From a bacterium (GTDB lineage Bacteria > Hydrothermota > UBA3073 > JACQXS01 > JAQTXJ01): 64,000 bases of DNA. The position numbers and the translations under genes are program-made. Each line of letters starts with the position of its first letter. The stretch's first letter is position 1. Shown piece by piece: positions 1-9,457 of the stretch. The stretch is from NCBI GenBank assembly GCA_041649255.1, contig JBAZNK010000002.1:778-64777 (forward strand), in the 5' to 3' direction. Under the pieces are notes generated by a model, which worked only from the letters and a program-made list of their open reading frames with translations, was not told where the DNA came from and did not search any database.

Positions 1-5
1 TATTA

Positions 6-305
6 GTGGATACGAAAGGAATAGAGGAGAATACGCCATCGCTTGGGCAGGGTATTGCTACGCTCCGGATAACTAAGAATCCTTTTATTAAGTCAACAGT
101 TATAAGTTATTACATCCCTGCTAAAAGTAAAGTGTCATTAAAGCTTTATGACGTTTCTGGTAGTTGTGTGAAAACATTAGTTAAAGAAGAGAAAGAAGCA
201 GGAAATTACAGCGTGGGCGTGAGGGGGATGAGCGCAGGAATATATTTTGCTACCCTCATAGCAGGGAATTATAAGGAGACAAGGAAATTGATATTAATGA
301 AGTAG
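6..305 (+). CDS. C-terminal fragment of a secreted protein ending in a T9SS (Por) C-terminal sorting domain; 5' end lies outside the window
   Basis: The ORF runs from the window edge. The C-terminus (…KVSLKLYDVSGSCVKTLVKEEKEAGNYSV…GIYFATLIAGNYKETRKLILMK) has the same architecture as the C-termini of five other large secreted proteins in this window. Confidence 0.5.
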   Translation: MDTKGIEENTPSLGQGIATLRITKNPFIKSTVISYYIPAKSKVSLKLYDVSGSCVKTLVKEEKEAGNYSVGVRGMSAGIYFATLIAGNYKETRKLILMK

Positions 306-315
306 GGAGAAAACT

Positions 316-2469
316 ATGAAAAAACTAAATATGTTAATAGTTTTTACAATTACAATACTGAGTCAATGTGTATGGGCAAAAGTATCAGTAGTTGACAGTA
401 TAATGTTATGCCCGCAAACAGGAAATGGATTGGGCACAATTGGCGTAGCCATAAACCCAACAACTAACAAAATCTATGTGGCAAATTATAATACTTGTAA
501 TGTTTCGGTCATTGATGGGACTAATAATACAGTGATTGCTACAGTAACCGTCGGGTCTTCCCCCTATGCTATATGTATAAACCCGACAACAAATAAAATC
601 TACGTAGCAAATGTAGGCAGTAATAACGTTTCAGTCATTGATGGTTCTAATAATTCAGTGGTTGCAACAGTAGTTGTTGTGTCTGGGCCTGCTGGGTCTG
701 GTCCTCATTGTATATGTGTAAATCCAACCACAAATAAAATTTATGTGGCGAGTTGGTATAACAATAATGTTTCAGTAATTGATGGAACAAAAGATTCAGT
801 GGTTGCGAAAGTGTCCGTTGGGTCTACCCCAGAGGGTATATGTGTAAATCCGGCAACGAATAAAATCTATGTGGCAAATTATAATGACGATAATGTTTCA
901 GTAATTGACGGGACAACTAATTCGGTCATTGATACAGTAGCAGTTGGGTCTTATCCTCAGAGTATATGTGTAAATCCGACAACAAATAAAATCTATGTAG
1001 CTACTTATTATGCGAACGTTTCGGTAATTGATGGAGCGAATGATTCAGCTATTGCTGCAATACCTGTCGGTCAATATCCTTGTGGAATATGTGTAAATCC
1101 GACAACAAATAAAATCTATGTGGCAAATCATAATAGTAGTAATGTTTCAGTTATTAATGGAACAAATAATACAGTGATTGCAACAATATCCGTCGGGTTT
1201 TACCCTTTAGATATTTGTATAAATCCAACAACAAACAAAATCTATGTGACAAATTATGATAATAATAATGTTTTGGTAATTAATGGGACAAATAATTCAT
1301 TAATTGGGACAGTAGTCATTGGGGTTCAGCCTTATGGTATATCTTTAAATCCGACAACAAATAAAATCTACGTGACAAATTATTGTAGCAATAATATTTC
1401 GGTTATTAATGGAACGAATGATTCAGTAATTGCTGCTGTAACCGTTGGGACTTCTCCCGCTGCTATATGTATAAATCCAACAACAAACAGAATCTATGTT
1501 GCAAATGCGGGTAGCGATAACGTTTCAGTAATCAATGGTACGAATAATTCAGTAGTTGCGACAGTAACCATTGGAGGTTCTCCTTATGGTATCTGTGTAA
1601 ACCCGACAACAAATAGAATTTATGTGACAAATTCGGATAGTAGTAACGTTTCAGTCATTAATGGAACCAATAATTCAGTTATTGCAAGAGTAACTGTTGG
1701 GTCTGACCCTCGTGGTATATGTGTAAATCCGGTAACGAATAAAATCTATGTAGTAAATCGAAGTAACAATAATGTTTCAGTCGTTAATGGAACAAATGAT
1801 TCAGTGCTTGGGAAAGTATCTGTTGGGGATTATCCTTGGGGTATTTGTGTAAATTCGGTAACAAATAGAATCTATGTATCAACAGAAAACAGTAAAAATG
1901 TCGCAGTAATAAATGGGACAAATGATTCGGTCATTGCTACAGTAGCCGTTAATAAGTGGCCACTTGGAATCTGCGTAAACCCTACAACAAATAGAATCTA
2001 TGTGGCAAATTGGGATAGTCATAATATTTCCTTAATTGACGGGACAAATAATTCAGTTATACAAACAGTTTCTGTAGGGAAACAGCCGGGATTTATTGCA
2101 GTTAATCCACAGGACAGTTTGATATATGTAAGTTGTTATTACGCGGGTGGAGTTTGGGTGCTTAAAGAGGATGGAGTAGGGATAGAAGAGAATCCCAATC
2201 CTAAAATCTCAAATTCCAAATTACAAATCTCCCCAAACCCATTTATTAAATCAACAATTATCAAGTATCAAATACCTGCCACAAGTAAAGTTTCGTTAGC
2301 CATTTACGATATTTCAGGAAGCTGTGTGAAAACATTAATTAACGAAGAAAAACCCGCAGGGAGTTATAATCTAACCCTGAATGCAAAGGATTATCCGTCA
2401 GGGGTTTATTTCCTGAAGCTGAACGCAGGAGAGCAAAAGATTGTGAAGAAATTAACATTGATAAAATAA
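316..2469 (+). CDS. Secreted YVTN-family beta-propeller repeat protein with T9SS C-terminal sorting domain
   Basis: N-terminal signal peptide. About 16 tandem ~40-aa repeats of the form NPxTNKIYVxNxxxNNVSVIDGxxNxV, which is the YVTN / 40-residue beta-propeller repeat. C-terminal ~80 aa match the CTD shared by the neighbouring genes. RBS (gggagaaaactATG) upstream. Confidence 0.8.
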   Translation: MKKLNMLIVFTITILSQCVWAKVSVVDSIMLCPQTGNGLGTIGVAINPTTNKIYVANYNTCNVSVIDGTNNTVIATVTVGSSPYAICINPTTNKIYVANVGSNNVSVIDGSNNSVVATVVVVSGPAGSGPHCICVNPTTNKIYVASWYNNNVSVIDGTKDSVVAKVSVGSTPEGICVNPATNKIYVANYNDDNVSVIDGTTNSVIDTVAVGSYPQSICVNPTTNKIYVATYYANVSVIDGANDSAIAAIPVGQYPCGICVNPTTNKIYVANHNSSNVSVINGTNNTVIATISVGFYPLDICINPTTNKIYVTNYDNNNVLVINGTNNSLIGTVVIGVQPYGISLNPTTNKIYVTNYCSNNISVINGTNDSVIAAVTVGTSPAAICINPTTNRIYVANAGSDNVSVINGTNNSVVATVTIGGSPYGICVNPTTNRIYVTNSDSSNVSVINGTNNSVIARVTVGSDPRGICVNPVTNKIYVVNRSNNNVSVVNGTNDSVLGKVSVGDYPWGICVNSVTNRIYVSTENSKNVAVINGTNDSVIATVAVNKWPLGICVNPTTNRIYVANWDSHNISLIDGTNNSVIQTVSVGKQPGFIAVNPQDSLIYVSCYYAGGVWVLKEDGVGIEENPNPKISNSKLQISPNPFIKSTIIKYQIPATSKVSLAIYDISGSCVKTLINEEKPAGSYNLTLNAKDYPSGVYFLKLNAGEQKIVKKLTLIK

Positions 2470-2480
2470 GAGAGGTACAA

Positions 2481-4472
2481 ATGAAATACTTTAAGGTATG
2501 CTTCGTAACGGGATTTTTTACCCTTTTATTAACGAACGCTTTTTCTGCAGAAAGGCGTGAAACCCATAAACCATGGTTTATGGGAAAATTTGGGAAACCG
2601 GAAAGGATACAAACTTCTCGAGATAGTTCCTTTGTGAAAAAAGAGAATAATACATTTTTTCAGAGCGGTGATACACTTGGAACTATTATGGGAACGGTAA
2701 CCGATACCTACGGGAATCCAATCAAGGGCGTAGGATTTAGGGTCTCTAATTTTATTGAGAATAGTGGCTACAGTAGTGGAAGTTGGAAAACTGATTCTCT
2801 TGGGCATTATACTATTCATTTCTTTGCGGGAAAGCCTCTTGAGTTCACTATTTGTAAGCTTCAAATCAACAATGCAAATTCAATAGGCTACATAAGTGAA
2901 TGGTATGATAATAAATATAACGAAGGCAGCGCAAATATAATAACCGTAGTTTTTCCCGATACAATAAAAAATATTGATTTTGAATTGGAAATTGGTGGCT
3001 CTATATCAGGATATGTTACCAGCGCTAAAGGTCCACTTAAAAATGTCTATATTAATGTTTATGATGCCGTTATCGATGACAATAGTTCTTATGGTTACAC
3101 GGATTCAATGGGATATTATATTGTAAAGGGCTTACCGACAGGAAGCTATAATGTTCACACCTCTTGTTGGGAAAGCGGTTATATAGACGAATGGTATGAT
3201 AATAAGTTAAGTCGTGAAAATGCCAATATAGTCTCTGTTACAGTCCCTGATACTACAAAAAATATTAATTTTGAATTAGAATTTGGCGGTTGCATAGCAG
3301 GATATGTTACGAGCGCTAAAGGACCTCTTGCGAGTGTAAGCGTTGGTGTTTATAATGCAACTACTAAAGGATGGGTTGGAAATGGAGGAACAACTGATTC
3401 CAACGGGTATTATATTGCAACTGCCTTACCAACGGGAAGTTATAAAGTAAAAGCCGGACATGATAGTGGATATGTTACCCTTTACTGGAATAATAAACTT
3501 GACTGGAACTCGGCAGGTTTAGTAAACGTAACATTACCGGATACCGTAAACAATATTAATTTCTCTTTATATATTGGCGGGAAAATCAAAGGCAGCGTGT
3601 ATAGTGCCAAAGGTCCAATTGGAAACGTAGAAGTTGATGCATTCAATATAAATTCAGGGGAAGTAGTAGGTGGTGAAGATACTGATTCAAGCGGGAATTA
3701 TACAATTAAGAGTCTGCCGACAGGATATTATAAACTCTGGGCTTTCCCTAACATTTGGGGTGACAATGAAGATACTATTCATGCATTTGAATGGTATAAT
3801 AATAAAAACAATTGGTTAAGCGCAGATTCCATATATGTTACTGCACCGGATTCAATAATTAACAAAGATTTCACACTTGAACAATGCGGTTTTATCACTG
3901 GCACGGTTTGTGGAACTCCAAAAACATCAATAACAGGTGCTGAGGTAGGAGGTTGGCTCTATATCAACAATTTTTATGGTTGGTTGCCTTTCTTTGTAGA
4001 CGAAACAGGTACGGATGGCAAATATACCTTAAAAAATCTCCGCACAGGTAATTACAAAGTATTTGCAATGGCATCAGGATATGGAACTTTATGGTATAAC
4101 CAGAAGCCTGATTCAAATACTGCCAATTTAGTTTCTGTTACAATGCCGAATGCTACTCCAAATATTGACTTTAATTTAACAGGTATTGAAGAGAGTGCAG
4201 GATTAAAAGATAGGATACCAAAGATAAAAACAACTCAAAATCCATTTATTCGGACCACAACAATTTCCTATCAGATACCGGTGAAAACTAAGGTTTTACT
4301 AAAAATTTATGATATTACCGGCAGACCCGTAAAGACATTGGTGAACAGTGAAAAAGAAGCAGGGAGTTATGATGTTAGTTTTAATGCCATGGGACTTTCT
4401 TCTGGTATCTATTTTGTAAGATTTGCCGCCGGCAACTATAAATCCACAAAGAAACTTATTTTAATGAGATAG
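2481..4472 (+). CDS. Secreted repeat protein with multiple carboxypeptidase-regulatory-like / Ig-like beta-sandwich repeats and T9SS C-terminal sorting domain
   Basis: Signal peptide. Repeated ~100-aa units of the form EWYDNK…NANIVSVTVPDTxKNINFELExGG…GYVTSAKGPL. C-terminus (…KVLLKIYDITGRPVKTLVNSEKEAGSYDV…GIYFVRFAAGNYKSTKKLILMR) is the shared CTD. Confidence 0.7.
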   Translation: MKYFKVCFVTGFFTLLLTNAFSAERRETHKPWFMGKFGKPERIQTSRDSSFVKKENNTFFQSGDTLGTIMGTVTDTYGNPIKGVGFRVSNFIENSGYSSGSWKTDSLGHYTIHFFAGKPLEFTICKLQINNANSIGYISEWYDNKYNEGSANIITVVFPDTIKNIDFELEIGGSISGYVTSAKGPLKNVYINVYDAVIDDNSSYGYTDSMGYYIVKGLPTGSYNVHTSCWESGYIDEWYDNKLSRENANIVSVTVPDTTKNINFELEFGGCIAGYVTSAKGPLASVSVGVYNATTKGWVGNGGTTDSNGYYIATALPTGSYKVKAGHDSGYVTLYWNNKLDWNSAGLVNVTLPDTVNNINFSLYIGGKIKGSVYSAKGPIGNVEVDAFNINSGEVVGGEDTDSSGNYTIKSLPTGYYKLWAFPNIWGDNEDTIHAFEWYNNKNNWLSADSIYVTAPDSIINKDFTLEQCGFITGTVCGTPKTSITGAEVGGWLYINNFYGWLPFFVDETGTDGKYTLKNLRTGNYKVFAMASGYGTLWYNQKPDSNTANLVSVTMPNATPNIDFNLTGIEESAGLKDRIPKIKTTQNPFIRTTTISYQIPVKTKVLLKIYDITGRPVKTLVNSEKEAGSYDVSFNAMGLSSGIYFVRFAAGNYKSTKKLILMR

Positions 4473-4540
4473 GATTTACCGTCAATGCTTAGAGTTAGTT
4501 GACGGAAGGACTTTTTGTGAACTAACAAGGAGGAATTAAT

Positions 4541-5779
4541 ATGAATAAGGTATACAGAATTATAATAAGTTCTTTTGTTGTTCTCTTAATAACGGGAAAT
4601 GTGTTTTCCAATGAGACTGTCGCAAATAAAAAAGATTTGTTAGTTAAGGGAAATAATACTTTTGCTTTTGATTTATATGCTAACTTAAAAAACAATGAAG
4701 GCAATTTATTCTTTTCGCCATACAGCATTTCAACTGCATTAGCAATGACTTATGCAGGCGCAAGAGGCAATACTCAAACACAAATGGCAAAAGTTTTACA
4801 TTTTGACTTATTAGATACAACAAGTTTACACCCGGCATTTAAGAATTTAATTGTCGAAACCCAGAGCAAAAACAAAAACTACCAGTTAAACATTGCCAAT
4901 ACTTTATGGGGACAAAAAGGATATAAGTTTCTTAATGAATTTCTTAAAATTACAAAAGCTAACTACGGAGCAGGATTCAAAGAAATTGAGTTCGGGAATA
5001 CGGAATTGGCACGCAAGACTATTAATAGTTGGGTTGAGGAACAAACCAAAAACAAAATTAAAGACATTATTCGACCGGGAACTATTAGTCCATTAACTCA
5101 GCTTGTTTTGACTAATGCGATATATTTCAAAGGCAATTGGGTTAAAGAGTTTGATGAGAAGGGAAATAAAAAGGGAACTCAAGAAGCTCCATTTTATGTG
5201 AAACCAGATAAAGGAATTCAAGTGCTTATGATGTCTCAAAAAGGAAACTTTAATTTTGTAGAAACGGATAAATTTCAGGCAATCGAATTGCCATATAAAG
5301 GGGGAAATTTATCAATGTTCGTTTTACTGCCGAAAAAGGTTGACGGGCTTGCTGAGTTGGAAAACTCTCTTGTATCAGACAATCTGAGCAAGTGGATAGA
5401 AAATCTCCAAAACCATGAAGTTAGGGTTTATTTTCCACAATTTAAAATGACTTCGGAGTTTAGCATGGCAGGAACACTTAATTCTATGGGAGTGACGGAT
5501 GCTTTCTCTTCACAGTCTGCAGATTTTTCAGGAATGGCTGGCGACACGGGATTGTTTATTTCAACTGTAATCCATAAAGCTTTTATAGATGTAAATGAAA
5601 AAGGCACTGAGGCAGCAGCGGTGACGGTTGTAAAAATGCAAGTAGAATCGCGACGACCAATGGTTAGGCAAAAACAAATTCCGGTTTTCCGGGCAGACCA
5701 TCCTTTTATATTTTTAATCCGGGATAATCGTTCTGGGAGTATTTTGTTTATCGGAAGATTAATAAATCCGATTAAATAA
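4541..5779 (+). CDS. Secreted serpin (serine protease inhibitor, I4 family)
   Basis: Signal peptide. Serpin hallmarks: NTLWGQKGYKFLNEFL, NAIYFKGNW, reactive-centre-loop hinge GTEAAAVTVV, and the C-terminal FRADHPFIFLIRDNRSGSILFIGRLINP motif. Strong RBS (caaggagg) precedes the ATG. Confidence 0.85.
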   Translation: MNKVYRIIISSFVVLLITGNVFSNETVANKKDLLVKGNNTFAFDLYANLKNNEGNLFFSPYSISTALAMTYAGARGNTQTQMAKVLHFDLLDTTSLHPAFKNLIVETQSKNKNYQLNIANTLWGQKGYKFLNEFLKITKANYGAGFKEIEFGNTELARKTINSWVEEQTKNKIKDIIRPGTISPLTQLVLTNAIYFKGNWVKEFDEKGNKKGTQEAPFYVKPDKGIQVLMMSQKGNFNFVETDKFQAIELPYKGGNLSMFVLLPKKVDGLAELENSLVSDNLSKWIENLQNHEVRVYFPQFKMTSEFSMAGTLNSMGVTDAFSSQSADFSGMAGDTGLFISTVIHKAFIDVNEKGTEAAAVTVVKMQVESRRPMVRQKQIPVFRADHPFIFLIRDNRSGSILFIGRLINPIK

Positions 5780-5958
5780 AATAAGAGAACAAAAAGACAA
5801 AACCCCTATTTTCTGTCCGTGCCATAGAACTCAAAGCCATAGAACTCAAAAGTCAGATACTCAGAGTTATTCATGGAAGGACTTTTTCATAAATACAGTA
5901 TTTCCCCTATTGACAAGACTGACAAAAAAGCTCATATATGAATTAGAACATCGCAAAA

Positions 5959-6081
5959 ATGAGAGACGGATTAATTTTTACCGGAAGTATTATAGCAATA
6001 GGAATTTTACTCCCTATTTTAGTTATATGTGGCATTGTATTGTTTTTTAGTCTCTTCAAAAGAGGAATTGAGATAGATTGA
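5959..6081 (+). CDS. Possible 40-aa single-pass membrane peptide (unannotated small ORF)
   Basis: ATG-initiated hydrophobic ORF MRDGLIFTGSIIAIGILLPILVICGIVLFFSLFKRGIEID. It is preceded by a TTGACA-like -35 (ttgacaagac…) at ~5913-5950. Below the 60-aa threshold of the ORF track. Confidence 0.2.
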   Translation: MRDGLIFTGSIIAIGILLPILVICGIVLFFSLFKRGIEID

Positions 6082-6313
6082 AAGCAAAGGCGCATGACTG
6101 GAAATCAGAAAAAGGCATTTCTCGAATGTCCTTGATAGACAAGGAAAATCGGTGCAATGGCTTGTTCTTAATAATCAACCTGAGTTGTTATCTATTTTGA
6201 TTAGTTTTGATTTAGGTTTATGGGTTTTTATCTCTCTTAGTCACAAAAGATCCTATCCATTTGGCACAGGATTTTATCCCTGTTTATTTGTGAGAAAATG
6301 TTTATCTGTTCCT

Positions 6314-7339
6314 TCAAAAACAATAATGAAAAGAGAACGTCCAGTTCTCAGTCGGAAATTCATAAAGACGCGAATCCAAAGCAATATCCGCGCTTACCCC
6401 TTTAACCTTTATACCAAGACCAAAAGTAGGACCGCTCCTCTTGCCGGTTATGTCAGAAAAATATCCCCATCTTGCCGAGAAAATCTTATAAAACGTATAT
6501 TCCAATCCAATCCCTTTCCATGTGTCACGGTAAATATAATCAAATCCCGATTCTTGCCAGTCTTGAAAAACCCCGACAAGGACTTTTGTTATATCTCCCG
6601 CAATAACGAGTTTATTGTTCGGCTTGTATGATATCCCGGCTCTGAGTATCCGTGGTAACGGCTCACCTATCCCGGCTTCTATATACGTTATGTCAGACCC
6701 GAGATTCTGTACTGATAACCCAAGCTGCAACCGTTTGCTAAAAACATAAAGACCGGAAAAATCAAATGCAAATGCTTGTCCTGAACCTCCATATCTGATG
6801 CTTTGTCCGTAAAGTAGCCTGATTGTCTCCACAGGGCAGAGAAAACTATAGATATATTTCACTCCCGCTCCTACGCTAAATTTTTTAGTTATCCTGTTAG
6901 CGTATGAAACTTTTGCTGAAAAATCCCAGTTTCCCCAGGGACCTATTTCATTTCCGCGGTTGTCCGTGCCTTCGGAAGTCCCGGTATGTAACCATATAAC
7001 GTTCACGCCTATTGCCTGTTTGGATTCTTTTAGTGAATCCGGTTTAAAAATTGGAAAAACGGATGACAGGGTTTCGTAATATATACCGGGATATAATCCC
7101 GGCAGTAAGTTCATATGAGTAAACGCGATATTATGTTTCTGTTGGAACGCCATCCCTGCATCGTTATAATAAGTGGCCAGAGCGTCGTCTGCGACTCCGG
7201 TAAATACGCCTGCCATTCCGTTTTGTCTGGCATCAGGGAAAATGAGGAGAAAAGGCACGCTTAGCTCAGATACCCCGGAATAAGCACAGAACGGGCATAA
7301 TATCACCGCTCCAAAGATTAGTGTTTTGTACGTTTTCAT
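6314..7339 (-). CDS. Outer-membrane beta-barrel protein, possibly a T9SS-associated PorP/SprF- or PorV-like porin
   Basis: Signal peptide. Alternating amphipathic beta-strand pattern, aromatic-rich, C-terminal …FSFHYCF with terminal Phe, typical of an OMP. It sits among T9SS cargo genes. The family assignment is an inference. Confidence 0.5.
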   Translation of the reverse strand: MKTYKTLIFGAVILCPFCAYSGVSELSVPFLLIFPDARQNGMAGVFTGVADDALATYYNDAGMAFQQKHNIAFTHMNLLPGLYPGIYYETLSSVFPIFKPDSLKESKQAIGVNVIWLHTGTSEGTDNRGNEIGPWGNWDFSAKVSYANRITKKFSVGAGVKYIYSFLCPVETIRLLYGQSIRYGGSGQAFAFDFSGLYVFSKRLQLGLSVQNLGSDITYIEAGIGEPLPRILRAGISYKPNNKLVIAGDITKVLVGVFQDWQESGFDYIYRDTWKGIGLEYTFYKIFSARWGYFSDITGKRSGPTFGLGIKVKGVSADIALDSRLYEFPTENWTFSFHYCF

Positions 7340-7507
7340 TTATCTATAAATTAATCAAACAGTCCCCTTTAGTCAACATTTTTCTTTTATTCTATGAATA
7401 GCCTCTGTTCTCAGCTATTCGTGTTCAACCGCGAACAAAATCTCCTTGATGTTAGAGACGCAATTCACCCCGATTCACCGAGGAATAAAAAAAGTTGGCA
7501 TTAAAGA

Positions 7508-7536
7508 TTGACAAAGATAGTTTTTGAGAATATTAA
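7508..7536 (+). promoter_or_regulatory. Sigma70-like promoter candidate (TTGACA-17 nt-TATTAA) upstream of 7579..8364
   Basis: ttgaca at 7508-7513, 17-nt spacer, tattaa at 7531-7536, followed by RBS aggagg and ATG at 7579. Confidence 0.4.
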
Positions 7537-7578
7537 GTAATTGGTCTTGTTGGAATATGATTTTAATTAGGAGGAAAG

Positions 7579-8364
7579 ATGAAAACGTATAAAACAATTG
7601 GAGCGCTTTTGTTAACATTAAGTATATCTTTTTTGGGAGGAACAAAAATTATTGGGGTAAATTTAAATATCCCTGGTGGTAATGAGACTACACAACTCAA
7701 TAAAAAGGAAAATGAGAAAAAAAATATTATTCATGGTTCGGGAAGTAGTAGAAAACCTATAAATAAAATGTTTCTGAAAAAGAAATACAAAGAGGATGAG
7801 GGAATTGGGTTAAAAGAAGCTACACCCATAGAGATATGTAGTGCTTCGGTATTACACGATGGGCAAGGGCATGGAATACCAAATCAAATTAGTAGTAAGA
7901 GAAAATATGTTTTGCATAATTTTATGGCAAATGGAAATTTTCTTATGGACACCAATAATGATGGAACCCCAGATGGCTGGGGTTCAAATATCGAAGGAAA
8001 AATATTATATTCTCTTAATGGGGAACCTGTACGAAAATGTGCAAGGATATTGAGAAATGGGAAAGATATCTATCTTGCTCAATATTTAATAATTGAGCCA
8101 AGTGCCAATTACAGTTTATCAGTAAAATATAATTGTAATACAGATATCAATTTAACCATATATGAATATTCCAAAGAAAATAAAGTTATTAGTCCCCTAT
8201 TTAGTAATGATATAGCAAAAAGCATCTCGTGGAATACGATAACAAAATCATTTACTACAAGTAAGAATGCAAAAAATTTGTTAATAAAATTTGAGTTAAA
8301 AAATGATGGAGTGTTATTAATAGACAGTACTTCAATTATTTCAGAAGATTATTACGAATTCTGA
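7579..8364 (+). CDS. Secreted hypothetical protein (possible carbohydrate-binding / jelly-roll domain)
   Basis: Signal peptide, good RBS, no recognisable catalytic motifs. Confidence 0.6.
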   Translation: MKTYKTIGALLLTLSISFLGGTKIIGVNLNIPGGNETTQLNKKENEKKNIIHGSGSSRKPINKMFLKKKYKEDEGIGLKEATPIEICSASVLHDGQGHGIPNQISSKRKYVLHNFMANGNFLMDTNNDGTPDGWGSNIEGKILYSLNGEPVRKCARILRNGKDIYLAQYLIIEPSANYSLSVKYNCNTDINLTIYEYSKENKVISPLFSNDIAKSISWNTITKSFTTSKNAKNLLIKFELKNDGVLLIDSTSIISEDYYEF

Positions 8365-8453
8365 TTCGACAAATATCGTTAGGTGTTAACAGCCCAATTA
8401 TTGCTTTAATTTATAAAACGATAAAGAAGGTTTTTTTGTAGTAAGGAGGAAAA

Positions 8454-9437
8454 ATGAAAAAAAATATAGGTTATTTATTAATTTTTGCTTCAATAATTGT
8501 TCTTAAGGGTGAATTATTGGGAAAAGTAGAAAATGTATACAATCTTTTACCCTGTAAGGCTTTAATAGATTCGGTAAGGAGTATTACAATAGCTGATACA
8601 AACATTGAAAATATAGAAGGAAAAGCCTTTTTATTTGCAGAAGCTCTTGTTTCTAAAAAAGATTCTTCTCTGCCATATCTTTCTGAGACAATAAAGGATA
8701 GTATGAATGATTGGAAACTTCGGTTTGTCTCTGTAGAAATGCTTTCTCAAATTTCTCAAAACGATGAATCGGCTGAAATATTAGCAAAAATCTTAAAAAA
8801 TGAGAAAGAACACCCTTACTTACGGGGTGTATGTGCTTTTAGATTAGGATCTATGGGAAAAAAAGAATATTTCCCCCTTCTTATTCACAATCTAAAGGAT
8901 AAAAATATATATGTGCGAGAAAGAGCAATTTGGGGATTAGATTTGCTCAATGATCCCAGAGCTATTCAACCTTTGATTCAATGTTTAGATGATTCATACT
9001 ATATGGTACAGATATTAGCAATCCAAACATTAGGCAATCTAAAAGCTAACGAATCTTTTGCCCCATTAAAAAGGAAATTAGATGCTAATGATATTCCAGA
9101 ATACCCTGAAATAGTGAAACATAAAGTAGTTCGTGCTATAACTTCTATTGGCGGGGCTGAAGCACGAACCATATTACTTGAAATTGTATCGGATCACAAT
9201 TATGGAAAGCTTCGTGTCATAGCAGTTGAAGGGTTAGAAAATTATAAGGACGAAGAAGTTAAGAATAAACTTTTTTCTGTTTTAAATGATAAAGACGAAC
9301 GATTTCAAGTTTGTGTGGCAAAGGTCCTTATGAAAATTACTCCACTTAAAGCAAAACCAGTTATAGAGGGAATACTAAATGATACTAAAAGTGAATATAT
9401 AAAATCTGAAATAAAAGAGCTTTTAAAAACTTATTAA
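8454..9437 (+). CDS. HEAT/PBS-lyase-like repeat protein with signal peptide
   Basis: Repeated VRxxAxxALGxL-type HEAT units (VRERAIWGLDLL, VQILAIQTLGNL, RVIAVEGLENY). RBS aaggagg. Confidence 0.7.
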   Translation: MKKNIGYLLIFASIIVLKGELLGKVENVYNLLPCKALIDSVRSITIADTNIENIEGKAFLFAEALVSKKDSSLPYLSETIKDSMNDWKLRFVSVEMLSQISQNDESAEILAKILKNEKEHPYLRGVCAFRLGSMGKKEYFPLLIHNLKDKNIYVRERAIWGLDLLNDPRAIQPLIQCLDDSYYMVQILAIQTLGNLKANESFAPLKRKLDANDIPEYPEIVKHKVVRAITSIGGAEARTILLEIVSDHNYGKLRVIAVEGLENYKDEEVKNKLFSVLNDKDERFQVCVAKVLMKITPLKAKPVIEGILNDTKSEYIKSEIKELLKTY

Positions 9438-9457
9438 AACATAAAAATGGGGGACAT

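Noticed and set aside
316-2469. Highly regular ~120-bp periodic DNA repeats
   Set aside because: The repeats are in-frame coding repeats (YVTN beta-propeller blades) within one continuous ORF, with variable 'spacers' that encode protein. There is no CRISPR repeat/spacer structure and no cas genes.
2529-2864. Antisense 111-aa ORF inside the 2481..4472 gene (similar nested ORFs at 11192..11569, 12526..12735, 13841..14158, 20809..21114, 23331..23579, 35610..35813, 36096..36593 and others)
   Set aside because: These are fully embedded in longer ORFs that have clear protein-family signatures. They have low-complexity or atypical composition and no RBS, so they are treated as spurious.
6152-6631. 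159-aa plus-strand ORF
   Set aside because: It overlaps the 3' part of the well-supported minus-strand outer-membrane protein gene (6314..7339) and has no RBS. The 40-aa ORF at 5959..6081 is the more plausible small gene in this gap.
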